From positions 1-12,869 of the forward strand of contig NW_021826463.1 of assembly GCF_006345805.1 (NCBI RefSeq): a stretch of 12,869 bases of DNA. Direction: 5' to 3'. Positions within the stretch are counted from its first letter, which is position 1, and each line of letters starts with the position of its first letter. Source of the DNA: Octopus sinensis (taxonomy: Eukaryota). The notes below the pieces were generated by a model. It did no database searches. It saw only the letters and a list, made by a program, of their open reading frames with translations, and was not told where the DNA came from. The position numbers and the translations under genes are program-made. This document shows positions 1 to 9,289 of the stretch, one piece after another.

Positions 1-100
1 CGCGAAAAAACAAACGAACAGAAGAAACGAGACATACAACATAAAGAATTTCCTCTCCTTCAGTTGTTCCTGTTTAATCTACTCCACGCTTCGAAGGCAA

Positions 101-137
101 TATATATTATATTATATATATATATATATAATCTATA

Positions 138-168
<31 letters not shown>

Positions 169-220
169 AATAATCTATATATATATCGACACACACACAC
201 ACACACGTATGTATATATAT
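101..220. repeat. Compound (TA)n/(CA)n microsatellite
   Basis: Direct reading: imperfect (TA)n from 101, (AC)n at about 189-206, then TA again. Confidence 0.95.
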
Positions 221-2320
221 ACTTAAATCTTGAGTTCAGAATATGATGTATATTTATGAGAAGAACTTTTAGAGGTGATGCGGAAACAAAAATTTGGAAC
301 AAACGTAACAAGCAGAACTAGTAGTTTTGCTAAAAGAAAAAAAAAAAAAAACTAGCGTTATAGTTTTAATTTTACAGCTTAATAATAATCAACTCGTCAG
401 AAATTAGAAACAAAATTTGTATACATCTTTGAGAAGTAGAAGAATTCTATGAATAATTAGCAACATGTATTGCTGAAAATATTTAGCATCAACATAAGAT
501 TAAGAGAATTACGAATGAAGAATTAATTAGATAATTGAATCCTGAATTAAGTATTATAATTATAATTAAATGAATTCGATTGTGTGACGTTTACACATTT
601 CTTTAGAAATTTAATGACTGAAATCAAAAGAATAAATTTAAATCCGAGAAAGAGAAATATATTTAGCGAATTCTGATCTCTTGGAGACTCTTACTCTTTT
701 AGTTCTTCACACATGTTCCAAAAAAATTAGACACAGAAAAGATTACAAATTACTAAGAATGTTATTTATTTAGTGAATTGGTAATATAAATAGTATGTAT
801 GGAAGAAGGACGAATGAAAATCGCAGTTAAGCTTACATTTTAACAATTAGTGACGCTGATCACCATTTCAAAAGAATTAGTAACAAAGATGATTTGGAAA
901 TATCTTCCAAATGAGTAGGATTTAAAAAATATTGTTCGGTAAAGTAAATGGTTTAAAATATTTATCAAAGAATTTATTTGTTTATTTTTTAACAATTTTC
1001 AGCAAAAAGAATTGAAAAATAATTAGGTACACAGATGATTTTAGAAGAGAAATTTCAATTAAAAGAAGATTTTGTATATTTTTATGCAAGAGCAACGTTA
1101 AAACGCTACACCTATCATAAAACTTTTATATAAATATTTTATCTTCATTATCACTGTTATCGCCGTTTGTGTTTTCCCAATAAGTTTTCTACGCCAGCAT
1201 CAAGTTTTTGTGGTAATTAAGGAAGCTATTTTAAATTCAATTTTATTGTTAAGAATATGAAATTGTGCAACATTTGATGATTTCGCCAATCGATGATGAG
1301 ATAAAATGAGATTAGCCACAAAAGCGCTGTAGTATTTAAAATGTATATAAAGTTAGGAATATATCGCGAAAATATTTATATATGCAGTTAAGTGATTAAA
1401 TTTTATGTGTCGCTCAAACAAATTAAAACCTTTTGATAGTATATTTTATGTAGATCCTCACAAACAACACACATAAAATATTAATTTGCTTCAGATGTAA
1501 ACAATATTTACAAAATGGTTTTATAGGCTATGCTAAACTGAAAATATTAGTTAATACGTTTTTTTAAATATTTTGCGATACGTATAAACGTAGCTTACAG
1601 GGAATCTTTTCCTTTGAAGTATTATCCATAATAAAGCTGTATCCAATTATTTATCGGGTGTAGGTAAACATAGAGACAGACAAATACATTCATATACAGA
1701 GCAAACACAAACACATACAGTGCCACTCTAAAAGATACAATCCAAACTAACTTAAAAATCTAACACTGATATTTCACTAGTTAAATACTTTTATAGTATA
1801 TGAGCGCCGAGGTGACGGGAGAGAAAAATTATTTGAGTTTCATATCATACCTTGTTTAAAGTTTGTGTTTTGGGGTACAAATCTTGTCATAGTGTCTATC
1901 AATCTTTTATAAATATATATATATATATAAATTTTTGACGTATATCATTTTATCTTTCCCAAGATCAAAACACGTGTTTAAGTAATATACTAGACTTCGT
2001 TCAAAAGCTTTATGACCCTCGCCCAGTGAATCACTATCATTTTATTATCCCATTATTAGGGCAGTAAATGTATAGAAATTACAGTGCGTCGTACAAATAC
2101 CTTTCAGTACTTACTTTTACAGCTATAAATTCTGAGTTTCCAATATCTCTAGGGTGCAATATATTTTTCATCTCATCAGAAATGATAGAAAGCCTTCAAC
2201 ACCTGTGAACCACACTTATTTCAACACCTGTTATTCGCACTTAATAGAAATTATTGACACTAGTAATTTCATAATTTCATTTGCTGTAGACACACTAGAA
2301 ATACTGTCATGATAACACTT

Positions 2321-2330
2321 TATATATATA

Positions 2331-2364
<34 letters not shown>

Positions 2365-2392
2365 GTACATACATAGATACATAGATGTATGT
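2321..2392. repeat. (TA)n / (ACAT)n microsatellite
   Basis: Direct reading. A shorter (AT)n also lies at 1913-1929. Confidence 0.9.
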
Positions 2393-2628
2393 TTTGATAT
2401 ATAAAAGAATAACAATAACGTGTACAAAAATGAACGTATATTTAATAATATACTTAAGGAGACTTATACAGTATTGCACAAGTGTAGTTTGTAATGTATT
2501 GATAAGAACATACACTTAAGTGTAAATATAAGTAAATATAATGGCAATGTTTTGTTATTGGTTGAAGAAACGTGATTTTAAATGTCACCTGATTGATGGA
2601 GATATTCGACAATTTATAGAAAAAAATT

Positions 2629-2787
2629 TATATATATATATAATATATATATATTAATTTGGTGACTATAACGGCATTGTATTTCATCTGCTCAAGTGAA
2701 ACGAACAGTGATATAAACACATACACACACAGATACACACACACGCACACAAAAACAGACACATATACATACATACATACATACATA
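2629..2787. repeat. (TA)n followed by (CA)n/(ACAT)n microsatellite cluster
   Basis: Direct reading: TA tract at 2629-2655, CA/ACAT tract at 2718-2787. Confidence 0.9.
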
Positions 2788-2843
2788 AATTTTTTGAGGT
2801 ATTCTAATGATTCGCTTATCTTTATGAATATTTTATTCGGAAA

Positions 2844-3028
2844 GGGACAGGTGTGACTGTCTGGTAACGAGGTGGCTTCCCAACCTCGTGGCTCCGAGAT
2901 CAGTCCCACCCTGTGGCAACTTGGACATGAATGTGTTCCTATAGCCGACCAAAGCCTTTTCAGTAGATTTGGTAGTAAACAGAAACTGAAAGAAGCTCGT
3001 TGTATATATATATATATATATATATATA
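2844..3028 (+). mobile_element. tRNA-derived SINE, family A (Octopus-type), diverged 5' half ending in its internal (TA)n
   Basis: Aligns by eye to the family-A copies at 10044, 10356 and 11967 (TGGTAA..CCAACC..GGTTCC..CAGTCCCAC..GTGGCA..CTATAGCC..GACCAAAGCC..GGATTTGGTAG..GAAACTGAAAGAAGC..GTATATA). The 3' half is absent. Confidence 0.85.
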
Positions 3029-3075
3029 AATTGATCAAAATAAAAATAAAAATAAAAACATGAGGCGAAGGATTC

Positions 3076-3155
3076 AGCGGTACATATGTTTCGGGCCTTT
3101 ATTAGACAGATACATAACAAATCATAATGTATGTCTGTGGCCTTCTTCAGCCGCT
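3076..3155 (-). ncRNA. Type I hammerhead ribozyme (PLE-associated), intact core, extended helix II
   Basis: Minus strand reads AGCGG-CUGAAGA-A-GGCC-ACAGACAUACAU-uaugauuuguu-AUGUAUCUGU-cuaauaaa-GGCCC-GAAAC-AUAU-GUA/CCGCU. Helix I is AGCGG/CCGCU (5 bp); core CUGAAGA at 3150-3144; GAAAC at 3092-3088; helix III palindrome ACAUAUGU; predicted GUA cleavage between 3081 and 3080. Confidence 0.88.
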
Positions 3156-3704
3156 CACAACAGCTTCCACAAGGACATGTGTTAGTTCCGAAATTCTTGG
3201 CTGGGGATGCAAATCTTCTCGTTCCCGTACGACAAAATGCGGCAGCAGCATCGAATTGAATCGTCCATCTCCTTCTTCTCTCATGTAAATGAGGAAACTT
3301 GGATTTGAGGTAATGTAAATAAATAAATACGTATATAGAGGTGAAGATGGAGGGGCGAGAGTTCGGACGAGGATAAAAAATATAAAATAATATAAAATAA
3401 TGTATAAATGTAGATGATAAAAGATATAAAGAGTTGTAAGGAGATGTAAAGGGGGTATAAAGGCATAATGTTGTAAAGTAAAAATAGAAATGGAAATAAT
3501 AGTAAAAGAGTAAGGAACCTGATAAAAACATGATAAAAGTGTAAAAGAATGTAGGGATAAGGGATGTATAGAGGTCGCGGACCCAGCATGGTGGTCAAGA
3601 GATTGATAAAACTTAGTTGTAGAACTGTCAGTAAATTAACGGTTTCGTCGTAAATCAGAGCTGATGAGAGTTTAATCTGGTTCCTTGAATTAATGGACTT
3701 CCAG

Positions 3705-4200
3705 TACATACATATCATCATGGGTACATACACCCACATACACGCGTACATATACGTCTCCAAGTCTATAAGCAAACACACGCACTCGCGTGTAAACATG
3801 TACATAAACCCACACGCACCCACACGCATGCGCGCACACACACATACATACAACAGAATATCCGCATATATAGACGGACATTACGCGCGTATACGCTCAC
3901 ATGTACATACGTGCGCCCCTCACTACATACGTACACGTATATGCCCACGTCTCTAGGTCTAGGTATAAGATATTAAAGGATGTGTTAAGAACGTATGTAA
4001 AGAATCCCGTACTCATGTTAATACGCGCACGCACACACGGCTGTGTCCGTATGTGCGTGCACATATATATACCCACACACGCACACAGAGACAACACGCG
4101 CTCATGGGTATAGTCATAAGATATCGAAGTATGCATGTACACATACGCGCGCGCACATGTATGTATGCGCATACACACGTACGCGGACGGACGCTCGGAT
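3705..4200. repeat. CpG-rich alternating purine-pyrimidine low-complexity tract inside the PLE 3' UTR (mirrored at about 8105-8610)
   Basis: Long runs of CA/TG/CG/TA dinucleotides, e.g. ACGCGCGCGCACATGTATGTATGCGCATACACACGTACGCG. Confidence 0.85.
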
Positions 4201-4399
4201 ACTCAAAAGGCGGATCCATAGGTGAGTAAATAAGCATATATATAGAGGTGTAAAGCGATAGATTAGGGTAAGAATGAGGGTAAGGGTAAAGATTAAAATA
4301 AAAAATACAGTATAAAATAAGAAATACAATGTAATAGTTAGAAATGAATATGAGAATTATAAGGGTTATAAGAGTTAAGGTAAGGATGAAAATGAAAAT

Positions 4400-4750
4400 G
4401 AGAGTAAATGGCAGTAGAATAAAAGTAAAAATAAAAGTAAAATAAATTAAAAATAAAAATACATGGAAGTAGGATAAAAGTAAAAATAAAAATGAATAAA
4501 AATAAATAAAAATAAAAATAAAAAAAAATAAAATAAAAATAAAAATAAAAAAAAAATAAAAATAAAATAAAAATAAAAATAAAATAAAATAAAATAAAAA
4601 ATATAAAATAAAAATAAAGGTAAAATATAATTTTGTAAAGTTTAACATGAGATGGAGGTGGCCCACATATATATATATGTGTATATGTACACACACACAC
4701 GTATGTGCACATAAACGCACACACACACACACACACACACATACACACGC
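4400..4750. repeat. (AAAAT)n tract followed by (TA)/(CA)n inside the PLE 3' UTR (mirrored at about 7555-7900)
   Basis: Direct reading. The pentamer array differs in detail between the two arms. Confidence 0.92.
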
Positions 4751-4831
4751 ACATATAGGAAAACGGGATGTGCTGGAGCCGACAGGTTGCACCGGGTGGG
4801 AGGAAATAGCATGGGGGAGTTGGTATAAGAC

Positions 4832-7025
4832 CTAAGCATTGTAGTATTTGAAAGTATTAATAAGTTTATGTATACAGGATGGTTTGAACTCTGACCTTTT
4901 GTTTAATAAGATTGTGTTTGTCTTTGAATTTCAAGATGTTCAGGAGTTCTACCAGCATAGTTGGCATCCTGCTCTATTATTTAAATAAGGTGCAGCTGAT
5001 CCGATGATGGACCATCTGAGTTTGAAGCTTATGCATTTGTCTTTTAATTCCCAAATTCTTTTAGAGAGGGAGGTGCTGTTAGCCTTATGTCTATGTCTCA
5101 TCGAGGACCGGTGGTTGTAGTATCTGGATTTCCAGGAGGTTGAGCAACCAATATAGGTGAGTGGTGTTAATTGAGTACTCACCTCACATGAGTATATTAC
5201 GTTTTTTGCCCTGCATGCGCCCTGCAGCGGGCACTCTGATGCACATCTGCAGTTGCATTGCATTGCATTATTCGGTCGTGTGCTGCTAATCCTAGGCGGA
5301 GGTGTTGCAATACGAGTGGGGGGCGTTGGTAACCTCCTGGTTGTTGATGGGTGTAGTATTTCCTCTGTAGGTCGGCGGGTGTTATTACTAACTAACTGCT
5401 TGGGTATTATGGTTGCCAGTCTGGTATAATGCCTACTGTCTAGATGAGGGGGGTTCTGTTGGTCGCTATGGTTTGCTCTTGATCTAGCTGTTCTATATTA
5501 ATATAGTTGTGTTTAGCTAAGAGGCAGCTCATGTTGGGCAGGGTAGAGTAGGAAATCCTAATAGTTTTGTTGGAGAAGATACTTCTATATTGTGGGTGGG
5601 TGGGAAGTTGTTGGAAATTATAGAGAATATTCTTTACATAACCTACCCCTAACTGCTAAGTTGAAAGGTATGTTGAACCATATGTATTTGCGTAATCTAC
5701 TATTCCCTTCTGTTTCTCCTAATAGGATCTATATGTTCTCGTCGGGAGGGTTACTATTGTGTGCTGTTCTATTAGTCCGCCTATTTCCTATATGTTGTTT
5801 GGAGTTTGAATTAGACTTATCGGTAGTGTGAGTTGAGTGCTGAGTTCGATTATAATTGGGAGTCTTATGGTCGACGGACGCTCCCGGTTGGTCTACGTAT
5901 GATATTCTCTGGTTATATCCGCACTATAGAGAGCTTGGTTGTAGTGTTGAGCATGATTATTGAAAATTTCTCTATTAGAGGATAGTTTTGTCAGTCTGTC
6001 TGAGATGGCTTGTACTGTGGTGCTAATTATACAGGGTGGATGGTTGGAGAAGAGGTATGGATGTATTTGGTAGTTTCTTCTGGTTTCCTATATGGGTAGT
6101 GAAGGTGCTTATTCAAATCTAACTAACGTACATCTAAGAAGTTAACTATTTTAGTATTGGTCATAAATTCTAGTTTAAGATTGAAGGATTTGAAAAAAAG
6201 CCTGATCTTTTCCTAATTTCTTCTAGTTTACTCCTATTGTTGGTGGGGTATATGAAGAGAGCGTCGTCTCTGTATAGACCCCCCTGAGATCCGGTACCTC
6301 GGAGAAAAGCTTCTTGAGCAGGTAGGCCCCGACCAAGTCAGTCACCTGAGCTGAATCGCTCGAGCCCATAGCCACATCGAAATTGTCGGGGGTATCGGAT
6401 CTGTCCAGAGTCTACCGTCGAATTCTATTATGGTTTTTCTAGCTAATAGAATTATGTCAATTTTTTCTCTGTCTATGAGTGAAAGGTTTGCGGGCAAAAA
6501 TAAGGGATTTGTTAAGTAAGATGGGGGATATACTGGCGTAGTAGCTGGCTATGTCGAATTGGATGAATGAGTAGTCGGGCCTATTGGTGATAGTGTTAAA
6601 CCATTCTAGCACATCGCTGGTATTAATCCATAGTTGGAGTGGGATGTGGGGTTTGATGTGTGGGATCACCTTGTCCAGGATGGTCTTGCTAAGTCTGCCG
6701 ATATCCGATTTAGTCGGACAGATTAATCGTACTCCTACACTATCCGGGAAGTCTTTCTTATGGTCTTTAATAGTAATTTTGGGTACTTTGCGGTTTAATA
6801 GGTTCTGTTCTGTCCAGGAGGTCTAATTTGCTCATAACTTCCTTGATTTTGTAATAATTTCCTTAAGGTTATCCGTTAGAAGTAGTTTTATACTTTTTGC
6901 TAAGTTCCCTCATGATGAGCGATTTGTAGGTTTGGTAGTCTAGCCTATACCAGTTTCCCCGTCTTGTCAGCGGGTATGATAAGATTACCGTCGTTCCTGA
7001 GTGAATGCAGGAAATCTTTAAGGCT
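4832..7025 (-). pseudogene. PLE polyprotein (reverse transcriptase + Cys-knuckle + GIY-YIG endonuclease), 5'-truncated, multiple frameshifts as assembled
   Basis: Hand translation across frames: IIPADKTG (6960-71), KDHK (6757-68), RLICPTKSDIGRLSKTILDK, WINTSDVLEWF, FIQFDIASYYASI (RT motif A, 6550-67), FDVAMGSSDSAQVTDLVG (motif B, 6364-81), YRDD (motif C, 6263-74), VNFLD (6132-46), YPYRKP..YIH..NHPP (6034-45), RKYIWFNIPF (5672-89), ISYSTLPNM (5530-56), CNCRCASECPLQGAC, VIY (5192-5200)..YIG (5147-55), WKSRYYNH, CQLC..E, NKRSE..CIH. Stop TAG at 4832-4834. Confidence 0.92.
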
Positions 7026-7042
7026 CACGACCGAATAATGCA

Positions 7043-7474
7043 ATGCAATGCAACTGCAGATGTGCATCAGAGTGCCCGCTGCAGGGCGCATGCAGGGCAA
7101 AAAACGTAATATACTCATGTGAGGCGAGTACTCAATTTAACACACTCACCTATATTGGTTGCTCAACCTCCTGGAAATCCAGATACTACAACCACCGTCC
7201 TCGATGAGACATAGACATAAGGCCAACAGCAACACCTCCCTCTCTAAAAGAATTTGGGAATTAAAAGACAAATGCATAAGCTTCAAACTCAGATGGTCCA
7301 TCATCGGATCAGCTGCACCTTATTTAAATAATAGAGCAGGATGCCAACTATGCTGTGTAGAACTCCTGAACATCTTGAAATTCAAAGACAAACACAATCT
7401 TATTAACAAAGGTCAGAGTTCAAACCATCCTGTATACATAAACTTATTATACTTTCAAATACTACAATGCTTAG
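7043..7474 (+). pseudogene. Inverted duplicate of the GIY-YIG endonuclease domain only (frameshifted as assembled)
   Basis: ATG at 7043 opens MQCNCRCASECPLQGACRAKNVIYSCE; later frames give YIG, SSMRHRHKANSNTSLSKRIWELKDK...CQLCCVELLNILKFKDKHNLINK and CIHK. TAG at 7472-7474 corresponds to the left-arm stop. Confidence 0.88.
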
Positions 7475-9167
7475 GTCTTATACCAACTCCCCCATGCTAT
7501 TTCCTCCCACCCGGTGCAACCTGTCGGCTCCAGCACATCCCGTTTTCCTATATGTGCGTGTGTATGTGGTGTGTGTGTGTGTGTGTGTGCGTTTATGTGC
7601 ACATACGTGTGTGTGTGTACATATACACATATATATATATGTGGGCCACCTCCATCTCATGTTAAACTTTACAAAATTATATTTTTACCTTATTTTTTTA
7701 TTTTATTTTTTTATTTATTTTATTTTATTTTTATTTTATTTTTATTTTTATTTTTATTTTTATTTTTATTTTTATTTTTATTTTTATTTTTATTTTTATT
7801 TTTTATTTATTTTTATTTTCATTTTTATTTTTACTTTTATCCTACTTCCATGTATTTTTATTTTTAATTTTATTTTTACTTTTATTTTTTACGTTTATCT
7901 ACTGCCATTTACTCTCATTTTCATTTTCATCCCTTACCTTTAACTCTTATACCCTTAATACTTCTCATATTTCATTTCAACTATTACATTGTATTTCTTA
8001 TTTATACTGTATTTTTTATTTCTAATCTTTACCCTTACCCTCATTCTTACCCCTAATCTATCGCTTAACACCTCTATTATATGCTTATTTACTCACCTAT
8101 GGATCCGCCTTTTTGAGTATCCGAGCGTCCGCGTACGTGTGTATGCGCATACATACATGTGCGCGCGCGTATGTGTACATGCATACTTCGATATCTTATG
8201 ACTATACCCATGAGCGCGTGTGTCTCTGTGTGCGTGTGTGGTATATATATGTGCACGCACATACGGACACACAGCCGTGTGTGCGTGCGCGTATTAACAT
8301 GAGTACGGGATTCTTTACATACGTTCTTATACACAACCTTTAATATCTTATACCTAGACCTAGAGACGTGGGCATATACGTGTACGTATGTAGTGAGGGG
8401 CGCACGTATGTACATGTGAGCGTATACGCGCGTAATGTCCGTCTATATATGCGGATATTCTGTTGTATGTATGTGTGGTGTGGCGCGCATGCGTGTGGGT
8501 GCGTGTGGGTTTATGTACATGTTTACACGCGAGTGCGTGTGTTGCTTATAGACTTGGAGACGTTTGTACGCGTGTATGTGGGTGTATGTACCCATGATGA
8601 TATGTATGTACTGGAAGTCCATTTAATTCAAGGAACCAGATTAAACTCTCATCAGCTCTGATTTACGACGAAACCGTTAATTTACTGACAGTTCTACAAC
8701 TAAGTTTATCAATCTCTTGACCACCATGCTGGGTCCGCGACCTCTATACATCCCTTATCCCTACATTCTTTTACACATTTTATCATGTTTTTTATCAGGT
8801 TCCTTTACTTCTTTTAACTATTATTTCCATTTCTATTTTTACTTTACACTTATGCCTTTATAACCCCCTTTACATCTCCTTACAACTCTTTATATCTTTA
8901 TCATCTACATTATAACATTATTTTATTTATTTTTATATTTTTTTATCCCTCGTCCCGAACTCTCGCCCCTCCATCTTCCCCTCTATATACGTATTTATTT
9001 TTTACATTACCTCAAACATCCAAGTTTCCTCATTCTACATTGAGAGAAGAAGGAGATGGACGATTCAATTCGATGCTGCTGCCGCATTTTGTCGTACGGG
9101 AACGAGAAGATTTGCATCCCCAGCCAAGAATTTCGGAACTACACATGTCCTTGTGGAAGCTGTTGTG

Positions 9168-9246
9168 AGCGGCTGAAGAAGGCCACAGACATACATATGA
9201 ATTTGTTATGTATCTGTCTAATAAAGGCCCGAACATATGTACCGCT
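9168..9246 (+). ncRNA. Type I hammerhead ribozyme, inverted-arm copy with one core A missing (GAAC instead of GAAAC)
   Basis: AGCGG(9168-72) CTGAAGA(9173-79) ... GGCCC GAAC(9231-34) ATAT GTA(9239-41) CCGCT(9242-46). Confidence 0.8.
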
Positions 9247-9289
9247 GAATCCTTCGCCTCATGTTTTTATTTTATTTTTATTTTGATCA

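Larger units (their letters stand above)
3003..5280. repeat. Left arm of a ~2.25-kb inverted repeat (endonuclease + 3' UTR + ribozyme)
   Basis: Reverse complement of 7026-9320. Inner boundary: ..TTCGGTCGTG(5280) pairs with (7026)CACGACCGAA..; identity stops at 5281/7025. Confidence 0.97.

Noticed and set aside
1-100. Possible repeat terminus or ribozyme relic next to (TA)n at the window start (minus strand CTGAAGGA)
   Set aside because: The core is not CTGANGA, any GAAAC half would lie outside the window, and there is no second copy to compare. It needs upstream sequence.
1030-1300. Faint resemblance to a hAT transposase C-terminus (MQEQR*NA; FDDFA)
   Set aside because: Only two short peptide echoes with stops and wrong spacing in very AT-rich DNA; not supportable without a translated search.
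3638-3702. GTTTCGTC...CTGATGAG (mirror 8613-8677) as a second hammerhead in the UTR
   Set aside because: CTGATGA and GAAAC lie on opposite strands. On the plus strand a hairpin follows CTGATGA but no GAAA; on the minus strand the CTGA before GAAAC is CTGATTT, not CTGANGA. No helix I.
4832-7025. Selenocysteine or stop read-through recoding, as known for some Naiad PLEs
   Set aside because: The stops I met resolve as frameshift consequences or one TAG in a 4-nt duplication. I saw no in-frame TGA at conserved Cys positions and no SECIS-like hairpin, and the domain order is C-terminal EN.
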